A stretch of 63,040 nucleotides of DNA, counting the filler, from Olpidium bornovanus S191 (Eukaryota > Fungi > Olpidiomycota): assembly GCA_017911155.1 (NCBI GenBank). It is 26 parts of 26 records of this genome, joined end to end, with 100 filler letters (N's around TTAATTAATTAA, not from the genome) between each part and the next. Parts side by side here need not be neighbours in the genome. Positions count along the whole stretch, not along the records: positions 1 to 1,948 come from JAEFCI010010304.1; positions 2,049 to 4,542 come from JAEFCI010001779.1; positions 4,643 to 5,899 come from JAEFCI010003643.1; positions 6,000 to 7,094 come from JAEFCI010005154.1; positions 7,195 to 9,309 come from JAEFCI010009854.1; positions 9,410 to 11,366 come from JAEFCI010003319.1; 20 more parts are not named here. One strand, given 5' to 3'. Position numbers and translations under genes: made by a program. This document shows, one piece after another, positions 1 to 11,466 of the stretch. The number at the start of each line of letters is the position of its first letter. Within the stretch, counting starts at the first letter, position 1. Under the pieces are notes generated by a model. It saw only the letters and a program-made list of their open reading frames with translations. It made no database searches and was not told the origin of the DNA.

Positions 1-1
1 C

Positions 2-334
2 CATGGCACCAGGGTCGGACACGAGACGCAACCAGTTACTTCCTTCACTGGTCCGAGTCGCTCCTTGGAAACAGATCCAAACCGCGTGCCGGGCGCCTTC
101 GTTACGAATGTCGGCAGAGAGGAAGCGAACAGGAAGAAGACGTTCCGTACCCCAAGCGAATTCTCATACGTCGAACCAAAGACGGACGATCCTATGTACA
201 GCGAAACGCTTTCTTTGGATGCGGGCTTCTTGAAATTAGATAGACAACAGAAGACCGCGGCAGTGCTGCTGCTTGTGGTGTGCTTAATTATGGTGCTCTT
301 CCAGGCGTGGAAAACCAGGGTGGGCGCTCCGTGA
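2..334 (+). CDS. Possible C-terminal exon of an unknown tail-anchored membrane protein (5'-partial)
   Basis: Frame open from the contig start. It ends ...QQKTAAVLLLVVCLIMVLFQAWKTRVGAP*, a single hydrophobic helix followed by a short basic tail. No family recognised. Confidence 0.3.
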   Translation, partial: HGTRVGHETQPVTSFTGPSRSLETDPNRVPGAFVTNVGREEANRKKTFRTPSEFSYVEPKTDDPMYSETLSLDAGFLKLDRQQKTAAVLLLVVCLIMVLFQAWKTRVGAP

Positions 335-2048
335 ATGATCGCGATCTGCCGCAAGGTTAACTGCAAACCACTAACAGCTCGGAGTTCCGCGCCTTCGAAA
401 AGGCTTGGACTACTCTATTTTGTAGAAACATACCCCGTGAACGGGACTACGAAAAAGTTCTTCGCGAGGAAACGCCGCCAGCATCACCGTCTTTGAAGGA
501 TTGTCCGTTTTTTTTTCTAGAGTGGTTCTTCACAACAGCCTGTCGACCCATTGCATTTACAAACATTTTCGCGCGCGCGCAGTCGTCGTCGTCCAGTCCA
601 CGTTCACATCTCCGCCACGCAAGAACGTGCCGAGGAGCCGGCGCAACTCGGCCCAAGCGTGCGTGGACTCGGTGCCACATCTGGTGGCCGGCGGTCGGCG
701 GGTGTCGTTGTCGAGCCTCCCTTGCGCTTCTACGGCAAACGTCGAGATCACGGCAACGGAGCCGGGCCGGCCACAGCTCTCGCACAGCAACTTGTTCCCC
801 CTCCGCGCGACCGACGAAACGGGTTCTCCCGCGCGGCGTAACGCCGGGGGTCAGGGACGGCAGCCGCGGAGGATCTGGCACAGGAGCGCTGCCAGCGTCG
901 GTTCCGTGTTCGCGGATTTTACCAAGCCCGAAACGGCAAACTCCGCGGCGCCGGCTGACGTAAAGGAGGGTTTCCGGCGAAAGCCCGCGCCGTTCCAGCT
1001 TCGGGCTGCTCTCGGGGGCTTGCTTCCCACGGTCGCCGCGTCGCCGACGTTTGCGCACGGGCCCGGGTTCCCGGACGACGGTGCCGCGCCGTGGACGTGC
1101 GAACCTGTGCTGCACCATCTGGCTGCCGGGCCGGTGGACGGGAATTCGCACCAGCCCGCCCGATCAGGTGTTGATCCGGGTGAAAACAACCTGGCTGGAC
1201 GCGGAGAGCAGACGACCGCGGAATCTTCGAGTCCCAAGATACGCTGGAAAGACGGAGGTTGGCCCGAGTGGTGATGTCAACGGGACGTTGGGACTGCATC
1301 GACGCGGTGATCTCGAACCCTGCTTTTCTACGTCATTTCGCCGTTCTCTTTTCCTTCTTTTTGATATCTTCTTTTCCGGATGGTCGTTTCGTTGCATCAC
1401 CCCCACCCGGAATAATTTTCACGCACGGGCGACCCGTTATTGACAGTGAGCTTTTCCTGCCGCGACGTTCGTGTACTTCGTCCATCGTCCAATCATCCTC
1501 CCATTCCCCAAGTACGCATTTTTTTTTTTTTTTTTTTTTGGTCGCCCTCAGGGTGCCACATGTGGGGCCCGCGGCCGAGGAAATTGTAGTGCCGCTCGTG
1601 CGCGCGTCTCAATTTCTTTTGAATTTTTCTTTCGAGGGCCAGGCCTGGAGAAGCGGTCGGCGGTTTCCGCGTGCACGTGAACGCGGCCGAAATTTTGAGA
1701 AACGGGCGAGCGGCAAACCCCAGTCTGATGCGGTTCGGAAAAAAACGAACGAGATGCGCGGCGGATGTCATCTACGGCACACACATCTGGGGCCAGACAG
1801 TAGTTTGGCCTCGATGCTGCTGCTGCTGCTGCGCACGGTCCTGACCTGCGGGGGCGCAGCGGCGGGGGCGGGGAAGGAGGGGGAAGGAAAAAGGGGAAGG
1901 AGGAGGAGGGATCAGACCCTTCCGCGCCCCCTCACCCCGTCCGGCCCCNNNNNNNNNNNNNNNNNNNNNNNNNNNNNNNNNNNNNNNNNNNNTTAATTAA
2001 TTAANNNNNNNNNNNNNNNNNNNNNNNNNNNNNNNNNNNNNNNNNNNN

Positions 2049-4229
2049 AGGCTTCGGCGGATGGAGAGGCTGTGAAGGGCTCCTCGCTAGCGGCCGGAAC
2101 CGTCTGCTCTTCAGTCACGCCGGTCTCCTGCGAAGCCGGTTCTGTGGTTCCCAAGGGCGACTCTCCATGTTCGCTCGCAGAGGGTTCTGGCAGCGGCACC
2201 TCTGTGAGCGACACCTCCTCCGTTGCGCTGGTTTCGGATGCCTCTTGCGGAGCGGATGCTGTCGCTTCAGTACCAACACTCTCCGCCGCCGATTCCGAAT
2301 TATCAGTATCGGACGCCGTTATCTCTACGGATGACGTCTCGTCGGCTCCAGTGAGTTCAGTGGTAGCAATTGAGGCTTCGGCAGAACTGGGGGCCTCGGC
2401 AGACTCCTCAGTGGCGGAGGCAGTCACCGTCTGTTCCTCTGGTGCGGCGCTATCAGGCGCATCCTGCGAAGCGGATTCCGTTTCTGCCGATCCGTTCTCC
2501 GGGGTGGTTTCCGAAGACTCGGCCGGAGACGCGGTTGAAGGCTCGTCCGACGTGCCGGACTCAACAGCAGAGGTTTCGTCCGGAGGAGAAACCGCGCCAG
2601 ACCCCTCACCAGGCGCAGGCGTCGACGCCTGCTCATCTGTCGCGGCAGTGCCTTGCGAAGAAAATTCGGCGCTCTCCGCCGCCGAATCCGCGGGTTCAGT
2701 GGCGGCGGCCTCCGTCGTCGTTTCTGAAGGCGACGGCGTCTCCGCGGGCGCGGTCTCCTCGGCCGCGCCGGGTTCGGAGGCGGCAGCTGTTTCTTCGGAG
2801 GCAGAAGCCGCGGCGGACTCGTCGCTCGAAGCAAACGCAGTCTGCTCCTCCGGCGCGGCGGCAGTGCCGGATTCCCCTTCCGAAGCGGATTCCGCTGCCT
2901 CGGACGTGTCGGCATTCTCAGAGGCCGAGGTGGGCGTGGCCTCGGTTGATTCCGATGCGCCTGTCGTCTCCGCCGGTGCTTCCGCTCCCTCCGTCAGGGA
3001 AGTTTCAGATGAGATCTCCCCCGTCCCCGTGGTCTCCACCTCGCTCGTCCCCGCCTCGGACGTCGCCTCCGGCGCCGGCGCTCCGGGCTCTGCGGAAGAC
3101 GCGTCGACCGTGGGCACCTCTTGGCCGGACGAATCCGTGGATTCGGTTGTGAGTATGAAGCTTTCCACGCTCGGGGCCGGCTCCGTCGATCCCGGAGCCG
3201 CCTCCTCGGTGCTCTCGCCGGCCGAGGGAGTCTCTGCGGCCGGTTCGTCGCTTAAAGTTTCGGGTCCTTCGGGGCTTTCCGCAGAGGACGAGTCGCCAGA
3301 CGTGGGCTCGAGAGAGGCGGAATCTGGAACGGCAGGCGGTTCAGTCCCGTTTCTTATTCCGGTCGTGTAAAATCTCCGCGTTTCCCCCAGCACCTACCGG
3401 GCGAGGCTTCCGCGGGCTGGGCAGTCAGAGTTTCGACCGGCAGCTGCTGACTATCCGTGGCGGGCGCAGTCCCGGAACCTTCGGAAGCCGGAGGTTGGGA
3501 TAGCGTTTCCTGCGACGGCGGCTCCGCAGCGCTCTCCGATCCGGCGGTTTCGGCCGTAGTCTCGGTGCCGGCGCCGGTGTCCTCCGCGGTCGGGGCGGCG
3601 CTCTCCGGAGAAGCCTCTTCGGTGCTCTCGGTCGCGGTGGCGCTGGCGTCTTCCGGCACCGCGCCCGTGGGGCTCTGGCCGTCCTCGAAAGGCTGCTCGG
3701 ATGCGTCCTCGGTGGCCGGCGCGTGCTCGGCAGAACTCTCGGCCGCCGGCGACTCCGCGTCCGGCGCCCCCGAAACCGCGTCGGACGCGCTTTCCGAGGC
3801 TGAACGCGGCAGGGGAAAAGATTGCCGATTTGGCCACAGGTCAAAAAATAAACAAAAAAAAGAAAAATTTGACAAGAGGCTGCACCGGCGCCGGCGGGAC
3901 GCGCGCGCGGGCAGCAAAGCTGCAAACCGTGCCGCCCGCTCGCCGTTAAGACCGCGCGAGCTCACCGGCGGCAGAGTCCGAGGAAACGGATTCCGCGGGT
4001 ATGGGTACGGGAGTGATCATCGTCTCGTCGGTGATGACCGTGTCCGAGAAACTGGGGGACTTCAAAGAGGGCGCATTCGCCTAGTCAGCGTATGCGAAGC
4101 CACGCCCCACCGCGAAATCTCGGTTTAGACGTTTCCGGCTTCAAAAAAGGTGCGACGGCTTACCTCAATTGCCGTCACGTCCTCCGAGGTACTGGAGGTT
4201 TCCACCGTCAGAAAAATCGTGGACTCGGT
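2049..4229 (-). CDS. Ser/Thr/Ala/Glu/Pro-rich low-complexity mucin-like protein, multi-exon, partial at both ends (over 600 aa visible)
   Basis: Phase-consistent GT-AG exons 4229-4164, 4080-3966, 3799-3398 and 3323-2049. Degenerate repeats such as (P)EEQT(V/A)xAS. Confidence 0.75.
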
Positions 4230-4642
4230 CTGCCGAAGGAGCAGGCCCCAGATAGTGTTGAAATCCGTCAATCAGAAAACCGAGCAAAGGCAGATTGCAA
4301 TTTGAAACATCCCTCAAGCCGGCAAGGCGATGGGGGAAGAGGAAGAAGAGAAGTAGGAAGAGGGTGGTGGGGAGAGAAGGAAGAGGTTGGGGGAAGGGGG
4401 GGGGAGGGGGGGGCGGGGGGGGCGGGGGGGGGGGGGGGGGGGGGGAATTTCGGAGAAGAGAGGGGGAAAGGGTAAAAATTTTAACGTGCTCCCTCTCTCG
4501 GCCCTCAGCCCCCCCCTTTCGCCGCCCTTGGCGCAACCCCCCNNNNNNNNNNNNNNNNNNNNNNNNNNNNNNNNNNNNNNNNNNNNTTAATTAATTAANN
4601 NNNNNNNNNNNNNNNNNNNNNNNNNNNNNNNNNNNNNNNNNN

Positions 4643-4856
4643 CATGTTCAGCTGGTCGCCCAGGCGCTTCCGCTCTTCGTAATCGGGCTTCCGCTTCCCA
4701 GTCTCGAAGAAATCGACCAGGATCTTCGCCTCGGCCGGCATCAGGCGCCGCCGTTGCTTCAGGTACCTGTGAATCCTGCGTTTCGTGCCTACCGGCGGAG
4801 ATGCCGCCGGGCTGTTGCCGGGCGGCGGCGATCTCGCGCTCTGGGCGCCGCGCAGG

Positions 4857-4893
<37 letters not shown>

Positions 4894-5109
4894 CATCCCG
4901 GCGGGGTGTATGATCAGAAAAATTTGAGAGATTTTCCGCGAGGTTGGCGGCGGGACGAACCGGCATTTGATAGCCCTTACGTTCAGAACCATCATTGGCG
5001 AATGCCCTGCCTCCGGGAGGCCGACGTTAAGAATGGGTGAAGCGCCAGGGGTGAAGGCCATCGGGGTACCCAGTAGAGGGGTGCCCGAAAACGTCGAAAC
5101 TTTGGGAAT
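4643..5109 (-). CDS. Homeodomain transcription factor (partial; helices 1-2 visible, helix 3 cut by contig end)
   Basis: Exon 4840-4643 encodes KQRRRLMPAEAKILVDFFETGKRKPDYEERKRLGDQLNM, matching the homeodomain N-arm, helix 1 and helix 2. Upstream phase-0 exon 5109-4981. A possible start exon lies near 5751. Confidence 0.75.
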
Positions 5110-5999
5110 CTACAACGATTCCGCCGCGTGTTTTGGCCGACGATCAGCTTTCTTAAGTGATGTTGCGTCCCGACCAACAAGATCAAAGCCACTGATCAAA
5201 AACAAACAGGAAAAGGGAAAAAAAAATGCATTTTCTCACGTGATGCACGAACTGGTTGGCCAGGCCGAAGATTGGCGATTGAGGTGGTCCGATCGATCCT
5301 TCCGGGCTCACAATTCTGTTGACGGCGACCAGGGTTGGGACGTTCAGCGTCTGCGGTGAAGTGCAGGCCACATGAGGGGCAAATCCGGGCAATTTGACAT
5401 ATTACTGAATGTGAGACATCTTGGCGGCCATCGAGATGAGGTCGCGAAGGTCGTACAACCGCCGGTGTTTTGGCCCTTCCCCCCCCCCCCTCCCCTTCAC
5501 GCTCTCCCGCCCCCCACCTGAGCCGGATCGGAAAAACCGATGTCCTGGTCAGGCTGCGGTGTAGGAGGCGACACGAAAATGCTCGTGGCGGCCATTCGAG
5601 ACCTTGGAATCCCTCCGATGTACCCTGCTGCAGAAATCGATTGAATCCCGGGCGTAATGTGGGTCATTGCGGGACTTCCGCCCAGGCTGGGATACCGCGT
5701 CCTGACGACGGCCTCCCGCAGTTCGTCGGCCGGAGGCCCCACTGCGCTCATGGCGTGTTGGAGGTGGAGGAGGAGGAGGAGGAAGAGGAGGGAGAGGAGG
5801 AAGAGGAGGAGAAGGAGGAGGTGGTGGTGGTGGGCGGATCCCTGTGCAAGCTTTCCCCGCGTGCGGATTTTGTGCTGAGAATCGTGAGGTGCCCCCTCCN
5901 NNNNNNNNNNNNNNNNNNNNNNNNNNNNNNNNNNNNNNNNNNNTTAATTAATTAANNNNNNNNNNNNNNNNNNNNNNNNNNNNNNNNNNNNNNNNNNNN

Positions 6000-6128
6000 C
6001 CAACCACTGAGAACCTCGCTGACGGAATGACGAAAGGTCTCCCGGCACCCGCGTTTTCCAAATTCCGCGACGCAATCGGTGTCCAACCTTCGCCCTCGGC
6101 ACAAGACATCAAGACGGGCATCGGTTAA
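6000..6128 (+). mobile_element. Ty1/copia pol C-terminus (RNase H end)
   Basis: PTTENLADGMTKGLPAPAFSKFRDAIGV matches the copia RNase H terminal motif T.eN.AD.lTK.L....f...r..lG. A PPT-like GAGGAGGGGGG lies at 6289-6299. Confidence 0.85.
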
Positions 6129-6399
6129 CGTCATGGAAAGGCACGCGGGATCTGCGAAGGCGGAGATCGTATACTTTTTTTTTCTTCTTTTTATTTCTTC
6201 TCCTTCTATTACGCGTAACCTCACCTCTTATTTTACCCCTCCAAAGTTTTTCTTTTCTTTTTCCCTTCACCTGTTACCATGTGCGCTCGAGGAGGGGGGT
6301 CGTAGAATACAGTAGTTACGAGCGCATTAAAAGGAAGAAAACCCCCGAACGTAAACAACGCCTTTCCCCCCCCCCGAACAAATAATAATAAAGGAAAAC

Positions 6400-7094
6400 T
6401 AGGCGCATAAAACGACACTCGCGTCGCCAGGTTGGGCCACTCGGGTTCGACGCCCCGCGCTCGCTTCGTTCTCTCGGCCGCGTCGCCTTCCTGCCGCGCT
6501 CGTTTTTCGTCGACGGCGACTGTCTGCACCCTCACCGTGGCCTCGGCCGCGCGGAGCTAAATCACATTGGTCTGACCAATCGTCCCGGCCTGTTCGCCGA
6601 CGAAAACTGCCTTCATTCCTCCAGCGCCGGGGCGACTGACCGGGAACGGCCGCAAGTCGGGCCGACAGACGAGGCCGCGGTCGTCGATCCGGACCTCACC
6701 GCGGTCGAGCGCCTGGCGCAGGTCATCGCATTCCCGACGCAGGTGGCCCCCCCGATCGCACCACATGCACACGCGCGCCTGTCTCGGCGCCGGGCCGGGC
6801 CCTTGTGCCGCAGGCTCCCACCGCCGCGGCGCCGGGGCCAACCCCGCCGAGTGCTGCATCTGTTCCATGGCCGCAATGAAATTTAGGGACAGGCGTTCAA
6901 GCTTTTCGCACAATTCACTTACCTTGCCCTTTTGCGCGAGCGCCGCCGTCGTCGCGGCCCCTGGCGTCGCCGTCCCCGCCGCTTCGGTCGTCCCTTCCGT
7001 AGTCGTCGGCTTCGGAGCCTCCGCTACCCTGCGGACCACACGGTTGACTCGGGCGAGGGTCCGGACCGTGTCCGACACCCGGGCCCAGTCAGAC
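6400..7094 (-). mobile_element. LTR-retrotransposon gag fragment with CCHC zinc knuckle (fungal Ty3/gypsy-associated, DUF4100-like)
   Basis: CMWCDRGGHLRREC (CX2CX4HX4C) followed by DLRQALDRGEVRIDDRG...GGMKA. In-frame TAG at 6557-6559, after which the frame continues VDEKRARQE...KRAR. Confidence 0.75.
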
Positions 7095-7859
7095 NNNNNN
7101 NNNNNNNNNNNNNNNNNNNNNNNNNNNNNNNNNNNNNNTTAATTAATTAANNNNNNNNNNNNNNNNNNNNNNNNNNNNNNNNNNNNNNNNNNNNCATGCC
7201 CTCCGGTGGCGACGCCGTGGCCGCCGGACCGCGCAGCATAACGCGCTTCCGCGAGGGTCGCCGTCCGAAATGGTCCGCCGCCTCTCCAGCCCAGTCCGAG
7301 AGCATCCGGAACAAACCGTGCTTGGACTGCATCCACAAGTTGCACTTCGATGGCGCGCGCCGGTGGCCCGATAAGCAAGAGCCGAACGTTTGCTCAGCCC
7401 TTCCGCAGATCCCAAATTTCAAAAGAATAAAAAAAAACCCCCCTCGTCAAAAATCGCGAGTGCCTCGGCTCACCTCTTCGTCCAGCGCGAACAAGCACAC
7501 GCGCGCTATCGCCACGGTTGCGCCCGGTCCGCTTGGTATCAACAAGAGTTCAGCGTTAAAAGCCCTGGCAACTCGAAGCTAGATGTTGGCGCAGAGAGTC
7601 AGACTGCTATCTGGAGCCTGACAACGTCCCGGCGCGCCAGGGTGACGACGCTCCACACGGCGGCAGCCGACAGACCCTGAGACGTATCACGGGCGCAGCC
7701 GTGAGTCGCAGGACCTGCAATCGAGATCGAGAGCTGTTGTTTCTCTTGGCCCAAGCATCGACGAAAGCATCCGCCCTGAAGAGTTAAGCGGCGAAAAATG
7801 TCCGCGCGGTAACAAAGGCGAAACAGGAATGGTTTCAGTCGGGCTTGAGGGAAAAGAAA

Positions 7860-8909
7860 GTGCGTCAACCGCGCCTGGCGAAAGAAAGAAGGCGGTCAAA
7901 CAGCACCAGTTCTGCAATTCGGCCGTTCCCTGTCCGGAACGCCTCAGGTCGACTTCCGCCTCCGCCTTCGCAAAAAGTCGTCGGGCTCCGACGAAGGAAA
8001 GCGGGGGACACACCGCGGAAGCTTCGGGAAAATCGAACAAGATTTCGGCCATAGTGCCCAGCGCGTCGACGGCGCTTTCGGCCACGGTGACTGCAGCAGG
8101 CCCTCCGTCATCGGCGCCGAAATGCTGCTGTTGTTCCTCTCGGTTCCGGAACCGCTCGACCTCGAACTTCTCGAACGGGCGCAAGAACACCGGGTCCTTC
8201 GACCTGGCGAGGCTGAAGGCGTCTGTTTGCCCGCGACACGCAAGCAATTTCTCAGCTTACGGCCCGGCGAGTTCGGGCGGCGGCGCCACGCGCGGGAGGA
8301 AATACGGGAGCGCGCACCGTTGGCTTGCGCAGCCAGCTCCTTCAGTCTCCACAGCGTGCGGTACGTGTTGTCGGCGTTCCGCTCGAAGTCTGCCGCGATC
8401 AACCCTTGGCACGGAGGCGTCGGGCGGGTGAGTCCCTCTGACAAGCGTGACCGGCACTCCTTCCAAGGCCGGCCGCGCCAAAACTCAGACGGCGCCGCGT
8501 CCCACCGTACCCGTGCCGCCGGTCTGCAGGTCCTCAAGAAGGTCGGCTACGCTTCCGCGAAATTCGTTGAGCTGCTCATGGCATGACCGGGAAGCGAAAG
8601 TCGCGCGGCGAAAGCGTTCAGATCGTCAGAGTCAGGTATTGCTGACCGGGAGGGCACGGCGCGCCGGGCGCGGACCAGGGGCAGCCCGCGCCGGCCCCTC
8701 CCGGCCGGGCCGGATTGGGGGCGCAGCGGGTCGAATCCGTGACTGAACGGGGCAGATCTTCGAAGACAACAACACCAGCAGGAGCAGCAGCGGGCAGCCT
8801 GCCGGTTCCAGGCCACCGCCGCGGCAGCTCGACTCACACAGCACGTTGCCGCGTCAAGGAGGTCCAGCGTGCGCCACAGGTCGAGCGGCCGGCGCGGCCG
8901 GGCGGCCAT
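7860..8909 (-). CDS. Unidentified multi-exon protein, divergent from the LEU2-like gene
   Basis: Phase-1-consistent junctions: exon ending 8511 (..EFRGSVADLLEDLQTGGT), exon 8404-8318 (GLIAADFERNADNTYRTLWRLKELAAQAN), exon starting 8222 (DAFSLARSKDPVFLRPFEKFEVERF..). Candidate ATG at 8909; the link from this ATG to the 8511 exon is not resolved. Confidence 0.5.
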
Positions 8910-9068
8910 GGTCGGCGGCGTCGGCGACGGCGGGGGGCGCCGGGGGATGCGGGCGGGTGTGGGGGGCCAACTTGATGCACGACGGAATTATTATTATTGT
9001 TATTTTTTTTTCTTTTCTGTCAAACCGCACTATCCCCTTCAGCGCGTCCCAACTTTATCCGTCGCGAA

Positions 9069-9179
9069 ATGGTCGTTCCCGTCACCATCGTCGTCTTGCC
9101 CGGAGACGGCGTCGGCCCGGAAGTCGTCCAGCAAGCCGAGCGCGTCCTCCGCCTCGTCTGCAACGGCAGAGCCCTCCGC
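9069..9179 (+). CDS. LEU2: 3-isopropylmalate dehydrogenase-family enzyme, N-terminus only
   Basis: MVVPVTIVVLPGDGVGPEVVQQAERVLRLV is the I/V-V-L-P-G-D-G-x-G-P-E-V start of beta-decarboxylating dehydrogenases. Paralogues (homoisocitrate, tartrate or isocitrate dehydrogenase) are not excluded. Confidence 0.7.
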
Positions 9180-9249
9180 GGGGGACCGGAGGGGGGGGGG
9201 GGGGGGGGGGGGGGGCCCCCCCCGGGGGGGGGGGGGGGGGGCCCGCGGG

Positions 9250-9306
<57 letters not shown>

Positions 9307-9559
9307 CGCNNNNNNNNNNNNNNNNNNNNNNNNNNNNNNNNNNNNNNNNNNNNTTAATTAATTAANNNNNNNNNNNNNNNNNNNNNNNNNNNNNNNNNNN
9401 NNNNNNNNNATAAAAAATCTCAACAGACGCCATTTGACGGGGAAGATCGGTCCCATCTTTTACTAAGCGCCCCATTTTTTTTTTTGGTTTGTTCCGCCTC
9501 AGTCACCCCGGCGATCGGCCCCCCCCCCCCTCCTCTCACCGCCGCCCAAAACGTCTTAC

Positions 9560-11049
9560 CTCATGCCGAAGGTTTAAAGATTCGAATTCCTGCCTGCAGA
9601 CGCTCTCCGACGTTTGCGCTTCCGACAGGTTGTCCCTCAGGCTCTGCTGCTTTGCCTCGAGACTCCCGATGTTGTCCGACAAGGTGTCGAGCTTGTTGCG
9701 CAAGGCCTCCGTCTCTAAATATTTTCGCGCGGGGGTTTCGGCACGCGGGAATTGCACTCAGCGATTATTTTTTATTATTTAACGAGCGGGAGGGGGAGCG
9801 GGAAAGAGCGTTTGAATACGGGGGGTTTCGGCCACGCCGCGACGCACGCGCGGTCGCGGCGTCACACGCACCAGACTGCTTCTCCGCGAGGGTTTTCGTC
9901 GCGCCGTCGTTTTCCCGCTTCAGGGCCCTGCGCTCCAAGTTCGCGTCTTTCAGCTTGTTCTTCAGAGATTTCTGCTGCGTCTCCAGGTTCTGCAGCGTCA
10001 CGTCCCGCTTCATCATCGCCATCAGCGCCTCTTCCCACTGCTTCTCTGTCGTCTTCTTCAAATCCGCCACGTCGGCGATTTCTGGGACGCCGGGAAATTT
10101 TTTTTTTTTTTTTGGGGGGGCAGCGAACCGGGACCGACATTCAGGCCGGCGTGCTCAAAATCAAACAGGAAAAAAAAGGCAATCCGCATCTCACCTATGT
10201 GGGACACAGGGGATATGTTTTATTTATTATTTTTATTTTTTTTTCTAATTTTTGTTTAGGTCCTTACCAACCTTGCTTCATTTTTGACACCGCGCCTTGC
10301 GCGATAATGTTGGCGTGCTTCTGGCCGCTGAGAAGGCTCTGCAGATCTTTGTTTTCTTTCGTCATCTTCGAAAATCCCAATCGTCCGAAGCCGAAGGAAA
10401 CAAAAAAAAAAAAAAAAAAAAAAAAAACAAAATAAACCGGTTTTTTTATCGGTTAGGTTTTTTTTTGCGGACCGGCGCCGCCACATTCCCCCTTCGGCCC
10501 CCCCCCACGGGGGAGCTTGCAAACCCTCGTCCGCGCGCAACCTTTTCCATCTTCGCGCACATGCTCTCGACTTCGCCGGCGAGGCGGGTTTTCTCGGCCT
10601 CGGCGTTCGCGCGGTCCTTCTCCGCCTTGCTGTTGATGCGCTTCTGGATTTTGAGGTTGACGTTGTACGCGGCGTTGATCTGGCCGAGGCGGTCGATCTT
10701 CTCCGTCATCTCCAGCAGCGTTTTGTGGGCGATCGAGAGCTCCTGGTGCAGCAGCTGGCGTTGCGCGCGCGCGCGAGCGGCGGTGCCGTTTTGCGGTGCC
10801 GGCGGGGCGAGCGGGGGCGGGGCGGGGAGGGGGGGCGCGCGGTCGGGGGGCGGTGAGCCCGCGCGCGCGCGTCGCGCGCGCGAAGATCGCGCTCGCTCTT
10901 TTCTCCCCCGCCCCCCCCGGCGAAGAGGACCGCGAGCGCGCGCACCCACCTTGTTCTGGTCCGCGGACTGCGCGTAGTCCTTGTCGGCCGCCTGCCGGTC
11001 CGCATCGGCGGTTCTCAGTTCCGCGGTCGCGGCGTCGAGTTGGCTCCTC
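9560..11049 (-). CDS. CCDC40: Axonemal coiled-coil 96-nm ruler protein CCDC40 (FAP172) orthologue, internal exons
   Basis: Spliced translation gives ..KRINSKAEKDRANAEAEK.. and ..EIADVADLKKTTEKQWEEALMAMMKRD.., aligning with remembered human CCDC40 ..KKAETERIRAEIEK.. and ..[27 protein letters not shown]... The junction into the EIADV exon is phase-consistent. Confidence 0.7.
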
Positions 11050-11466
11050 CTGCAGCGGGCGTGGTCCCCCCCACGCCGCCCCGACCGACCGACCGACCGA
11101 CCGCCACACAACACGCGGTGGAGTGGAGGAGGAGGGGGAGGTTGCGGTGAGCTGGCAGAGAAAAAAAGACAAAAGAAAAACGACGGACGACGAAACGACG
11201 AGCACCACGCAAAAAAAAAAAAAAAAAAAAAAAAGGAAAAAAAAAAAAAAAAAAAAAAAAAGAACACTCACACGGCGGCCAGCGGGGCGTTGGGGCGGGA
11301 GACCGCCCGCGGGGGGTGGTCCGCCTCCACGGCCCGCCTTCTCCCCCCGCCCGCGCACCGTGCAGCNNNNNNNNNNNNNNNNNNNNNNNNNNNNNNNNNN
11401 NNNNNNNNNNTTAATTAATTAANNNNNNNNNNNNNNNNNNNNNNNNNNNNNNNNNNNNNNNNNNNN

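Noticed and set aside
2072-3370. 432-aa plus-strand ORF antisense to the mucin-like gene, and many similar overlapping ORFs across the window
   Set aside because: Shadow ORFs of GC-rich, low-complexity coding sequence. Splice signals support the minus strand.
8511-8590. EFRGSVADLLEDL resembling transportin-SR/Mtr10
   Set aside because: The following exons do not continue the importin-beta alignment, so the gene was left unassigned.
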